A stretch of DNA of 32,278 nucleotides from Octopus sinensis (lineage: Eukaryota): assembly GCF_006345805.1 (NCBI RefSeq), contig NW_021832792.1, forward strand, positions 1 through 32,278, written 5' to 3'. Made by a program: the position numbers and the translations under genes. Positions 13,675 to 25,421 of this stretch are shown one piece after another. The notes under the pieces were generated by a model. That model did not search any database. It was not told the origin of the DNA and saw only the letters and a program-made list of their open reading frames with translations. The stretch's first letter is position 1, and every line of letters begins with the position of its first letter.

Positions 13675-13800
13675 ATTGTTGCAGTCCACTCAACTGGCAA
13701 AAACTGAGTAATCCTGCGACGGACTTACATCCCGTGCAGTTGGGGAATATATACGCCATGGTAAGTGAAAAACCGGCCCTTAAGAGTCAGCATAACTCAG
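13675..13800 (+). mobile_element. SINE fragment, 3' module shared with 27224-27478
   Basis: CAGTCCACTCAACTGGCAAAAACTGAGTAATCCTGCGACGGACT...CCCGTGCAGTTGGGGAATATATACGCCAT...AAACCGGCCC. Confidence 0.6.
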
Positions 13801-13904
13801 ACAGTAATTGTTTTCTTAACTTTCACATTCTAAAACTCATTGTTTTAAAATTTTATCTTATTACATGGTTCGAGTTCTTCTCACAGATAAAGCACAATTC
13901 ATTA

Positions 13905-14250
13905 TGGAATAGTGGATTCGCAGAGTCATTAAATTACCTCTCCCTATATCTTGGCCTCACATCTACGTCATCTTGGCAGCAGAGGTCAATTTGTCTTTTA
14001 TCGCTTGATGATTGATAAAATATGTACTAGTCAAATACTGGTGTTGATATTATCGACTAATTCATTGCCTTATTTCAGAGTTTCGGCCTATATTCAACTC
14101 AATTATCAAGTTTGGAATAGTGGATTAGCAGAATAGTTAAGAATGAATCATAATGTAATACAGTATTTGCACTGGATCTTTAAAGATTTCTGTTCAAGTC
14201 AAGAGGCGCTCAACTACATTTTTCATCCTTTCTGAGTCTATTAAATAGAT
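13905..14250 (+). mobile_element. Two tandem degenerate family C SINE units
   Basis: Both start TGGAATAGTGGATT(C/A)GCAGA (13905, 14113); bodies contain GAGGTCAATTTGTCTTTTATC...GATAAAATATGTACTAG and TTTTCATCCTTTCTGAGTC. Confidence 0.5.
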
Positions 14251-15657
14251 TGCTTCTTATAAAAGAAAAAAAGCAAGATTGAGGCAACGACACTGCATTC
14301 GTCCCTCAAATTCGTTGAGTTCAGCGGGCTCCAATTTAATTTTCATCAAACTCAAAGATGTTGATGCCTCTGCAAATGAGCAATTATATAGCCATTACGC
14401 TTCCTAAGCTTGTCACAAACCCTAACCTACAGCCTTAAAAAGAGAAAAGTAAACAGAAAAAAGAAGTAGATATTATTGTGATACATACACAGTAGTTGAA
14501 TAACAAACCAGATTTGTCACAGCTGGAAGACATTTAATTATAGGTCAAATGGATCAGAAATGACCAGTGGCTAAACAGCTATTATATCAACCAATGTAGA
14601 CATAGCCTGTTATACAGTTATTAGGGTCGAAAATCGAAGTCTTACAAAAATTCCTCTTGTCGATGACCTTAAATCCACTTCTCAACTGGAAACCTCAGGC
14701 GGCGTGGTAACACAAGGAAAAAACCATCCTTATTGCCACAGACTGAAACTGTACCCTGGATATTGAGTTGTAGCTTCCAATTTCAAGAGGATACTATTTC
14801 ATCTACCCCTTTCAAAAGTAAAAGGAGTTGCGTCTGCTGCGAGGATGAGCAATCAGTTTTATTAAGTGGAAGACTGAATTACTTGTGTATTGAATTACTG
14901 TATTAGCCGCCGAGTACTCCGCAGACCAATATACCAATTTTTTTTTTAAAGTAAATGCAGTACAATGCACCACACATTACCAAGCTTGGAGCTTTTAATT
15001 TCTTATTACTACGTAGAAGCAGCGTCGCGAATAAGACGACGTGTCTTAAGTATATTCAATATGACAGACTTTATCCATCACCATGTCTGCTTAGATACTC
15101 TTTAGGATAAAAAGTAGTTAAGTAAATAGATAGAAAGTTTGATTGGTGTATAGATAGATAGATAGATAGATAGGGGAGAAAAAGAGAGAGTGAGTGTGTG
15201 AGATGAACTATGGGCCTTAATACTGTTACTTTGGCTATTGACAGTTGAATGATAAAAGTAAGAGCCTTTGGCAAGTATTGAACACTGGGTACGACCGGCC
15301 GTAAGAAACACTATATAGAATTCTAATCAAGGATCTCAGAAATCGGCCACCTCGCTACCTAAATATTTACAGTCTGGCTGAAAGACTGCATGTAAGATGG
15401 AGACTTCGGTATTCTGAGAACATACAGCTAAAAGGAAATATGAATAATATAGCGAGATTTAAAATCTCGACTAACTGGGATGGCCCAAATAGGAAAATAT
15501 CGTCAAGGTGTATTGTATAAATCTAAGACAAAAAAAAAAAAAACAGAAAAGAAAGATAGGACCTAACTTCAGAAGGAAAAAAAGCAATCGTTAGTTTTAA
15601 AAATTATGGAAGTGAGAAAAGGGAATGATTAGCGTATATAATATATTCACTTGCGGG

Positions 15658-15892
15658 GGCGGCCAGCTGACAGAATCATTAGGACGCTGGGCTAAATGCT
15701 TAGCAGCATTTCGTCTGCCTATAGGTTCTGAGTTCAAATTCCACCGAGGTCGACTTTTCCTTTCATCCTTTCGGGGTCGATTAAATCAGTACCAGTTACT
15801 CACTGGGGTCGATGTAATCGACTTAATCCCTTTCTCTGACCTTGTTTGTCTCTTCTATGTTTAGCCCCCCCTGTGGGCAATTAAGAAATAAA
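15658..15892 (+). mobile_element. tRNA-derived SINE, most abundant family in the window (family C), full length
   Basis: GGCGGCCAGCTGACAGAATCATTAG head, GAGTTCAAATTCC B box, body GTCGACTTT..CCTTTCATCCTTTCGGGGTCGAT...GTACCAGT, A-rich end. Several homologous copies in the window. Confidence 0.9.
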
Positions 15893-16278
15893 TATACTGA
15901 GTTGCCTATTTTAGGAATCCTTAATCTTATTGCAAGTGCTACTACTTTTGTTGTTATTGTTGTTGTTGGTGTTGTTTTGCCGCAGGTGAGCCCTGATTTG
16001 CAGCCCCGATTCTGTTGTTGTGAGTCAGAATCTCTGAATAAGCAGCCCTGAGTCAGTGGCTGATGAAGCTGTGATCATCTCACCTTGATTTAAAATATAT
16101 ATAGAAGTGTGTGTGTGTGAGTGTATATACGTATATTTATCTACACACACACACACACACAATAACATCCTACATATATCTTTATTTTTATTTCTCGTCA
16201 TCATCCTATATCCATCCTTTTCCAAGTAACTCCTTATATTTAACTCTACTATTTCTCTCTAGTTGACTCTCACATATT

Positions 16279-16326
16279 GTCTCTGATGAGGACATGTCCC
16301 TAGTATCCCAGAAACATCTGTAAGAC
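16279..16326 (+). ncRNA. Minimal type I hammerhead-ribozyme-like motif with imperfect stem II
   Basis: GTCT-CTGATGA-GGA...TCC(CA)-GAAAC-ATCT-GTA-AGAC: intact core, 4-bp stem I, 2-bp stem III, GUA triplet. Confidence 0.55.
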
Positions 16327-16394
16327 TACCTTTCTCTTTAAAAATGTCCTATAAATTCCTACAGCTTTCGCTTTGCTGTCACATTTTATTTAAC

Positions 16395-16396
<2 letters not shown>

Positions 16397-16425
<29 letters not shown>

Positions 16426-16500
16426 TGTATGTATGTATGTATGTATGTATGTATGTATGCATGCATGTATGTATATGTATATGTATATGTATGTGTATAC
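16397..16500. repeat. (TATG)n microsatellite
   Basis: Directly visible. Confidence 0.95.
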
Positions 16501-16564
16501 AGTTGCTATATATATACAAAGTGTGCAAGTAAATGACCTTCCTCAAATTTCTTTGCTCATCCAA

Positions 16565-16850
16565 TCAGCATGTGTGTAAGTGGCTGAGTATACCTTAGAT
16601 GCATGTAGTTCTAACGTTATCCTTAAGCAGACTGTGTAATATGATATATGACAAGGCTGGCATTTTCAAACAGATATGCAGTACATCCTATGGGCTTCCA
16701 TAGTTTCTGCTTACCAAGTTTCACTTCCTAATCTTGTATCGACCAGAAATTATGGTTAAAAATGATAAATGAAAACACTTGAATATATGCCAAACTGTGA
16801 ATCGAAACTGGGGTTTCATGATTTTAAAGCCAATTTCATAATCACTCGTC
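16565..16850 (-). mobile_element. Degenerate chimeric SINE (family B 5' half plus the 3' module of 21294-21674)
   Basis: GTGTAAGTGGCTGAG...TGACAAGGC matches 21370-21460; GGGCTTCCATAGTTTC...ACCAA...AACACTTG matches the family B body. Confidence 0.5.
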
Positions 16851-16929
16851 CGTGGTAAATGGTTACGAAGTTGGCTTTGAATGCATAATACATTCCAGGT
16901 ACGCACAAGTCCCCTCCTGTGATGTAAAT

Positions 16930-16990
16930 ACAAGACTACCCATTCAGTGAAATTTGGTTGCTATTTCTAGCGTGCTGCTTGAGTGCAAGG
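16930..16990 (-). repeat. Family D fragment
   Basis: Minus strand GCTAGAAATAGCAACCAAATTTC matches the family D 5' motif. Confidence 0.4.
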
Positions 16991-17258
16991 AGGCATCTTC
17001 CTTCGCTCAGTAGTAATAACGCAATACTAATATTGTTATTATTATTATTTTGCCCCAAGTATGTCATAACTACTGAGATATATTAGGGAAATGTTACAGC
17101 TTTTCTCCTCTACTGCCTAGAACAAGACTATATTCTAAAGTATTCGTATGTTCTCTGCAGCAAGATATAATTTGCGGAAGGTTAGATTGCAATTTCTAAT
17201 ACATTAAGCGACTGTCTGAAGATTTCCTCTTTGAGTCAATATTCTAGCTGTTGAAGTC

Positions 17259-17633
17259 AGGGAGCTGGCAGAAACGTTAGAACGAAATGCATAGCCGTAT
17301 TTCGTCTGCCGTTACGTTCTGAGTTCAAATTCCGCCGAAGTCGACTTTCCTTTCATCCTTTCGGGTCGATTAAATATGTACCAGTTACGCACTGGGGTCG
17401 ATATAATCTACTTAATCCGTTTGTCTATCCTTGTTTGTCTTCTCTGTGTTTAGCTCCTGGTAGGTAGTAAAGAAATAGGTATTTCGTCTATCTTTACGTT
17501 CTGAGTTCAAATTCCACCGAGGTAGACTTTCATCCTTTCTGAGTCGAAAAATTAAGTACCAGTTCCGCACTGGGATCAGTCTAACCGATCTGCCCCCTCC
17601 CCGAAAATTTTGGGCTTTGTGCCTAGAGTAGAA
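17259..17633 (+). mobile_element. Family C SINE, dimeric form
   Basis: Two successive units (about 17259-17477 and 17478-17633), each with GTATTTCGTCT...GTTCTGAGTTCAAATTCC.CCGA.GT.GACTTT...CATCCTTTC...GTACCAGTT. Confidence 0.85.
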
Positions 17634-17774
17634 AATGGTATTCCATCTGTTGCGTTACCTGTTGAAATTCTAGTTATTGCGTCCGTTATCAAAGACATAG
17701 CTGACGCGTAGTTTTCAAGAATTCTAGAACTTGTTACAGGATTTGATATCATTTCTTAAACTTTTACAAACAAG

Positions 17775-18165
17775 ATACATCATGTTTACTTTACATTGGA
17801 TTGTGGCCGCGCTGGAGCACCACCTCGAAGGGACATGCCTAAGAAATTAACCTAAGTATATAATTTTCAATCAGGTACATGATCCATTAGGCACTTTTGC
17901 CGAAATGCCAATGTACGGTGATGTAAAGAAACCAACTCGAATTGTGAAGCTTCGGCGTGAGACAATCATACTAATGCATACATACAAATACACATATACC
18001 TGAGGAGATTCTACACAGATTTTAGTTACCAAATTTACTGAGAAAGTATTAACTGGCCCGGGACCAGTATGTGGTACCCTTTGCTCAGGGCACGACGTAG
18101 TGAACAGATACTTGAACGTCGTGTTTCGGAAGCGATCTTCTACAACACGCGGCAATGCCTGCGCC
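17775..18165 (-). mobile_element. Older, diverged family B SINE
   Basis: Colinear with 25091-25421: TGTGGCCGCGCTGGAGCACCAC, TTTTGCCGAAATGC...GTACGGTGATGTAAA, terminal CCTGCGCCT. Confidence 0.7.
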
Positions 18166-18399
18166 TGTGTATTTCGATTTCAATGAAACGAGGCACATCC
18201 ATATCTACGTACAAGCCCAGAAACGGATATACACAAAAATGAAAGATACATACATAAACTTGCATGAACATGGAATCCTACGCATGTAGATACATGTAAA
18301 TAAAATACCTGCACGAAAGTAATCGATAATATCGAATGCAATGAGATGAAAGTCAATAACGGATAAGAAATTTACATGGAACAGAACGAATGCACGTAT

Positions 18400-18607
18400 G
18401 TGAATGTGTGTGTGTACGTGTCTGTTTATTCACATGCGTTTATACATTTACACATACACACATACTTCTGTATGTATATATGTATATGCATCGGTATTGA
18501 ATACGTACTTATACATGCATATATGTATAGACGAAATATCCATGCATACACATATATATATCTATATGTAGATATGTAAATATGAATGTATATGTGTGTA
18601 GATATGT

Positions 18608-18666
<59 letters not shown>

Positions 18667-19046
18667 CTATATCTATATATGTATAAATACATGTGTACTG
18701 TTATCTGTATGTATATATATATATATCAATGTATATATATGTATGTACGTATATATGTATATATATCTATATATGAGTATGTATATATATATATATATAT
18801 ATGCATGTATTGTATTCCTTTTGTACGCGTTTGCATGTCAATCTCCAAGAAAAGGTATGTGTTCAACATGAAACAAGATTTTTCTTTTTCTTTTACAAAA
18901 CAACCGCCATTGTATATAGACACATAACATGCATTCAGACACAAACACCCACACACACATGCACACACTCGCACGCATACACTCACACACACACGCGCGC
19001 ATATGTGCTATAAATATAAATATATATCCAAATAAACATAAGCCAT

Positions 19047-19094
<48 letters not shown>

Positions 19095-19175
19095 TATGTA
19101 TACGTGTACACATGTATATTATATGTTTCTCAAACACACAGAGTTTTATTTTGATACAAATTTGCAAAGTGGCAT

Positions 19176-19213
<38 letters not shown>

Positions 19214-19395
19214 CACACGCATACACACACACGCGCGCCATCTCATACTACATATACCCACATACATATATGCATAGAAACGTATTTTCATCCCGGCAAT
19301 AAAGAGAGCAGGAGACCATCAACCATAATTTTACAAATTCAACCTGTAAGCCATTATTTTTATTAAAGTATAAACATATATATATATACATACAT

Positions 19396-19473
<78 letters not shown>

Positions 19474-19620
19474 ATGTATGTATATATATATATATGTTTA
19501 TACTTATATGTACATATATATATATATACATATATATATATACATATATATATATATATGCATATATATATCTCTATATCTACATGCGAATATATGAATG
19601 TGTGCGCGTGTGTCTGTGTG
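18400..19620. repeat. Extended compound TA/CA/GT low-complexity region
   Basis: Directly visible, with short unique spacers. Confidence 0.85.
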
Positions 19621-20304
19621 CGCGTGTGGAGGGGGGGGGTTATATAAGCATTCGAGAGAACGTGAAATATTTCTTTTCGTTTAACAGTGGTTCTCGAAAG
19701 ATACCAGCTATTATTCACAACTTCATGTGTACTTCGAGATCCACTGCTCCCCAACACACACACAGACACAGAAACACACACACACACACACATAAATATA
19801 TACATACATACATACATACATAGTTAAGTCGAATATATTTTCAATTCTCAGTGCCCAGAATTGCCCACTGCGATACCCACCTTCTCCATTGCTACGGAAA
19901 TCGTATTTTTGTTTCTCAACACCAGCAGCCCCATCACCACTAATTACCTCTTGTAATTCTAGTAATTATATTTTATTATTTACCTATTAACTTCTACCTG
20001 TCGTTTCTTTAAATATTCCTCCTCCTATTTCACTTTCTAACATCTCCGCCTATCTATCTACATAATCCGTCTTACGAACGTCGACATCTGTTTCTGATTT
20101 CCTGTCCAAATACCCTCTCTGAAATACATACACACAGACACCCACACAGACACATACACACACATGCACACGCACATATACGAAAACGTGTGTTTTAAAA
20201 GGTTAATCGAAAGCGCTCACACATTCTAGGAGACAATTTTCTTCCAAAATGGATAGTAACATACTGATTAAAGCTTTTATAACTTTTATAAAACATATCC
20301 TTCA

Positions 20305-20435
20305 CATACATACTTACATTCATTCATATATACATACATGCATACATACATACATACATGCATACATACATACATACATACATACATACATACATACATA
20401 CATACATACATACATACATACATACATACATACAT
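20305..20435. repeat. (CATA)n microsatellite
   Basis: Directly visible. Confidence 0.95.
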
Positions 20436-21293
20436 GTATAAGAGCACAAATGCGTAAAAGGTTCTCTACAGCTGTTTCAGACGCATACATTTTATTGATG
20501 AAAATTCGATCGTATCATCAATAAGAGAGAGAGAAAAAATGTTCTCTTCTGGTGAATTGAATTTTAAAATTTGGTCCGTAGAAAAATCACCACAAGATGT
20601 GGAATATGGACTGACCCTCTCATTTCGTTATCATTGAAAACAGTGAAAACATACGGAGAGTAATCCATATCTAGCAGGCTAAAATTTCAGAGGCCTATCT
20701 GTCATAAAAAAAAAAACAACGGACGGTGCCACAGTAAATTATTTCATTGTAGAGGGCTAGAGTGGTGACCAGAAATACACACACACACACACACACACGC
20801 AACTACATCTATCTATCTATTTTATCTATCTATCTATTTATCTATCTATCAATCTACATAATCTTTCTATCTAATCTATCTGTTTGTCTCTCTATATATA
20901 TGTATATGTAAGTATATATATGTATATATATATATGTTGAGAGTGTGAGCGGATGTGCGTATGAATTATGTACAGGAAGTAATAAATTTACAAAAAGGTA
21001 AATAAATCTGAAAGATCTAATATATAAGGCATTCTTAGATATACTATGACATATAAACAGGACCCAGCACTGCTGCTATAACTGATTATAAATCTAATGA
21101 ATGCAATCCGACCCCAGTCTAAATAACACCAAAATCAACCAAAAGCTAAAGAAACTTCTATACCCCACATTCATTTCCCACACGTACTACGAAATAATTG
21201 TGTAGTATAATTGTCCTAAATCTAAAAAAGTTACCCCTGAGTTACTGACATCTTTTCCAGGAAGAAATACATAGGTTTGTCTCTCGTCTATGT

Positions 21294-21674
21294 GGAAGCA
21301 CTCCGTCGGTTACGACGACGAGGGTTCCGGTTGATCTGATCAACGGAACAGCCTGCTCGTGAAATTAACGTGTAAGTGGCTGAGCACTCCACAGACACGT
21401 GTACCCTTAACGTAGTTCTCGGGGATATTCAGCGTGACACAGAGAGTGACAAGGCCGGACCTTTGGAATACAGGTACAACAGAAACAGGAAGTAAGAGTG
21501 AGAGAAAGTTGTGGTGAAAGAGTACAGCAGGGATCACCACCATCCCTGCCGGAGCCTCGTGGAGCTTTAGGTGTTTTCGCTCAATAAACACTCACAACGC
21601 CCAGTCTGGGAATCGAAACCGCGATCCTACGACCGCGAGTCCGCTGCCCTAACCACTGGGCCATTGCGCCTCCA
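21294..21674 (-). mobile_element. Near-intact tRNA-derived SINE with perfect 13-bp TSD
   Basis: Head GTGGAGGCGCAATGGCCCAGTGGTTAGG (A box) ... GGTTTCGATTCCC (B box). CTCTCGTCTATGT duplicated at 21281-21293 and 21675-21687. Confidence 0.92.
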
Positions 21675-22059
21675 CTCTCGTCTATGTACGAGTGTCTGGA
21701 TAAAACATCATCTAAGAGACGTCTTCTAAATGCGGAAAAACATTAATATTTTTGCAATACATTTGAGATCGTCCCACCCTTCCAATCACCTATCGTTACT
21801 TTTACGTCATCATATGAGGTTACTGCCCTACGCATCTATCTAGCACTATAGCTCCTAAAATCTAATCCATGTATCTATTATCCCCTCTAACTAGCCACTA
21901 GAATACTCTAACGGTCACAGGTATTTTATAACTAGAACGATTGTGATCGCATGGCTGCTGGATTGTGGCTAACCTTTGCCTATACAACATACACCTAGAT
22001 ATCTACACCATTCCCTAAATTGGAAAGAAGGTGAATCACAGAACATTGAATACAGAAAA

Positions 22060-22165
22060 AAAGACACCTTGCGGTACTTGTTCTAATTCTCTGTGATCTG
22101 AGTTCAAATACCACCTACGGCAACTCTGCCTTTTATCCTTTTGTGGCCGTTAAACAATGTACTAA
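22060..22165 (+). mobile_element. Degenerate family C SINE fragment
   Basis: TCTGAGTTCAAATACCACC...CAACTCTGCCTTTTATCCTTTT...TAAACAATGTACTA. Confidence 0.55.
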
Positions 22166-22187
22166 TTATGTACGGAATCATCCCCCT

Positions 22188-22264
22188 TTTCTCTCTCTTT
22201 CTCTCTCTCTCTCTTTCTCTCTCTCTCCCTTTCTCTCTCTCTCTCTCTCCCTCTCTCTCTCTCT
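22188..22264. repeat. (CT)n microsatellite
   Basis: Directly visible. Confidence 0.95.
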
Positions 22265-22374
22265 GAATAGGCTATGTGAGAGGCCCCAGCCTCAGGAGGC
22301 TGTTTCTAACACGGCCCCATTAAGGTATTTACCTCTTGCTATGGACAGTACATGGAAGAAAACCTAAACCGGAA

Positions 22375-22615
22375 GTAACGATGTATCCTCAAAGTCGTCG
22401 TTAAGCATGACAGAAATAACAACCAAGTCTTCCTCAAATCATAAATCAAATTTCTAAGAATAAACATGACTACAATTTACTATGTTGTCTCAGAGATTCT
22501 CAGCAAGGAAATTAAGATTAGATGGCCAAGGCTGAGATGCCCTTGATCAAGGTGTATATGCAATCAAAGCTAACATGAAACTTAGAATTACATTAGCAAC
22601 AGCAACAGCAACAAA
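22375..22615 (+). repeat. Unclassified interspersed repeat (family D)
   Basis: GAAATAACAACCAAGTCTTCCTCAAATCA and GATGGCCAAGGCTG...CTTGATCA align with 27495-27680 and 28030-28420; ends in CAA-type repeats. Confidence 0.5.
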
Positions 22616-24029
22616 CAGAATACTCTGAACTGAAATAATAATGTAAATTGAATGATATTATATCGAGAGATTTAGCAGAGATTTACTGAAGGTTTACTCT
22701 TAGTCTTGGTTATGAAGGCTCAAGTATTAGTTACATATTAGTGCTTGTGGCAGCATATCACAGGTGATATAGATAAATAATACAAATGATTGGTAAAGGA
22801 AAACTTTAGATTTTGTTAAATTAAAATAGCTGTTAAATTCAAGAGTTTATTGCGGAAAAAACAGATGGTGGGTGACACATATCGGTAAAAATAAATAATA
22901 AAAAGTAAGACGAAATCAAATCAATAGATGTTACCTTAAAAAGAAATAAAAATATTGAGAAAAATGGAAAATATTACAATTATTGCAAGTGTGTCATGGG
23001 GAGAAGCAAGAAAAAATTCTGGAGGTTTTCGTAGTGATCGATTGAAACTCCAAAGTAGGGAGATCACCGAAAATTTGGAATCGAACTTGCAGCAGGAGAT
23101 ATGGTATCTCGCATATCTAAATCCATTCCCTCGCGCACCTTCCCGCCCATTAAACAAAACCTTTCTCTGCCATCTAATCGAAAATTTTACATATTCGTGT
23201 TGGAAATGATTCCATAGTGTCCGTGGTGTTAGTGTTGAAGTTACAGAATGGGAACAAAATATAGTTTTAGTATTTCTGTGATGACCTACATCCATAGATA
23301 AAAACCTAACCATAGCACTGCAGATGAATGAAACACACTTCAAATTTGCAGTGCTACCACTGCCGCTTACAGCTGCAGATAGTCACATATTAATCTTGCT
23401 GCTTGTATTTGCGAGCAATAGATAAAGAAAAGAAAAGAAGAAAACCACTGAGTCTTAACAGGGCCTGCCTGTTCAGACTAAGCCACCAAATTCTTCTTCA
23501 CACATTTGCGGATGTATATGCATACAGAAATATATATGCACGTATACATGTATGCAAACACACGCACACACACACATATACACACATTTATACGACCATA
23601 TTAATCTATATTTCTCTACCAATATATTTATTATATATTCTCTATCAAACATTACCATTGAAGCATATATTATTATTGTTATCGTTTGGCCATTTACCAA
23701 ACTAGAGAAATACCTATACACTTGCCAATGTGCCAATCTACAAATCAACGTATATCTGCTACTGTACAAACCAGAGATATCGCGCAAGTCAGCAAACAAC
23801 TCGGTCATATATTTTCCAACTGGCCCCACTCGAGTGTTATCACAATCCCTATCTATATTTCTACTAAATTTCCTGATTATATTTACCTTACCACGCATAT
23901 CTTTCTAAGTAATTAGCTGACATACTACATACTAGCCTGTCAGCAAATATACTATTTGTCCTACTAAAGGACATACCAGCCTACCTACCTAATTACATAC
24001 CGGCATACCTATCTACATTTCTGTCTATC

Positions 24030-24127
24030 AATGTGTGTGTTTGCTTGTGCATACATACATACACACACACACACACATATATATATACATATAACAATGT
24101 ATATATATATATATGCACATATATATG

Positions 24128-24184
<57 letters not shown>

Positions 24185-24238
24185 CACATATATATACATA
24201 CATACATACATAATACTTACATTCATACATGCATACAC
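24030..24238. repeat. Compound CA/TA/CATA microsatellite
   Basis: Directly visible. Confidence 0.9.
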
Positions 24239-24240
24239 TA

Positions 24241-24470
24241 GGCCTAGTGGTTAGGAGGCTGCACTCGGGATCACCAGGTCATGATTTCAATTCCTAGACC
24301 AAGTGGGGCGTTGTGTTCGCGAACAAAACACTCATTTCGACACCTGACGTGTGGTACACCGTGCACCTATTCAGACAACATCAATTTGATGAAGAGCGTG
24401 AGCTAATGTACAGACATACATTTCATCATTATAAACAAAACATGTTTGCCGGTCCAGCGAATAAGAAGGT
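24241..24470 (+). mobile_element. tRNA-derived SINE with a distinct body
   Basis: GGCCTAGTGGTTAGG A box, GATTTCAATTCCTAGACC B-box-like, GCGTTGTGTTC..AACAAAACACT shared with 27224, then a different body. Confidence 0.65.
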
Positions 24471-24567
24471 GAAGAAAGAGCAGTTACTCCGGAGAAGAGC
24501 ATGTGTCTGGGTACATGACCAAAAAATAACTGCATATATATATAAGTGTGTGCGTGCGTGTGTGTGT

Positions 24568-24606
<39 letters not shown>

Positions 24607-25090
24607 CGTGTGTGTGTGCGTGTTAATATTGTGTAATGCATACAATATGTATTAATATATAGTTTTCGTTATACATTTAATTTTTATACTCTTTGTTCTG
24701 TCGCGCAAAATTTCAAGGGACTCAATATAATCTAATGTTAGAAGTGTGAATAGTTTAACTGTATCGTGTACCTCTCTGTAGTAAACATGATTTGAAAACC
24801 ACCTGCTAATGTAAGATCAACAAGCCAAACAAGGTAACTGTATAGGATGTTCCGCAGACAGTGAATCTTTAGAATAGGACCTGGTTCTGATCATTCAGAG
24901 TAGCTGTAGAACTATTTGATAATCTCACGACCATAATACTTCATCTTCACAAACCTTCTTTAAAAAATAAATGAATTTATGAAAGGTGTAATTAGAAATT
25001 CAAAGTCATTCCCCACTTGTACATTGCAACTAATAAAATAAAATAATAAATCCATGTTGCAAATCATCAATGACTTGAAGTACTCTTTCT

Positions 25091-25421
25091 CTCTTTTACT
25101 CTTTTACTTGTTTCAGTCATTTGACTGCGGCCATGCTGGAGCACCGCTTTTCGTCGAGCAAATCGACCCCAGGACTTATTCTTTGTAAGCCTAGTACTTA
25201 TTCTATATGTCTCTTTTAGCCGAACCGCTAATTACGGGGACGTAAATATACCAGCATCGGTTGTCAAGTGATATTGGGGACAGACACACAAGCATATATA
25301 CACACACACATATGGTCGGCCCGTGGCTATAGTAGAAGACACTTGCCCAAGGTGCCACGCAGTGGGACTGAACCCAGAACCATGTGGTTGGTTAGCAAGC
25401 TACACAGCCACTCCTGCGCCT
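25091..25421 (-). mobile_element. tRNA-derived SINE (family B) with CR1-like 3' tail
   Basis: Minus-strand head GGCGCAGGAGTGGCTGTG...GGGTTCAGTCCCAC, then CCTTGGGCAAGTGTCTTC (CORE-like), tail GGTGCTCCAGCATGGCCGCAGTC...(GAGTAAAA)n. Lacks an internal segment present in 17775-18165. Confidence 0.88.

Noticed and set aside
14415-14465. Strong minus-strand polypyrimidine tract plus AG
   Set aside because: Downstream frames stop within 16 codons and there is no convincing donor.
14575-14766. 63-codon open frame with VIRVENRSLTKIPL, reminiscent of an LRR N-cap
   Set aside because: Lacks the cap cysteines and LxxLxL repeats; splice signals are weak.
15960-15995. U-rich tract + CAG|GTGAG, like a recursive splice site
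   Set aside because: Appears to lie in a degenerate minus-strand family D repeat end next to a (GTT)n run, so it is likely repeat-derived.
19820-19945. Minus-strand frame SGDGAAGVEKQKYDFRSNGEGGYRSGQFWALR
   Set aside because: G-rich strand bias; no pyrimidine-rich acceptor and no recognised homology.
22936-23343. 135-aa minus-strand ORF and overlapping 84-aa plus-strand ORF
   Set aside because: No recognisable domain or splice structure; overlapping open frames of this length occur by chance.
25003-25076. Nested 8-bp and 7-bp inverted repeats with AATAAA in the loop
   Set aside because: Short AT-rich stems are expected by chance.
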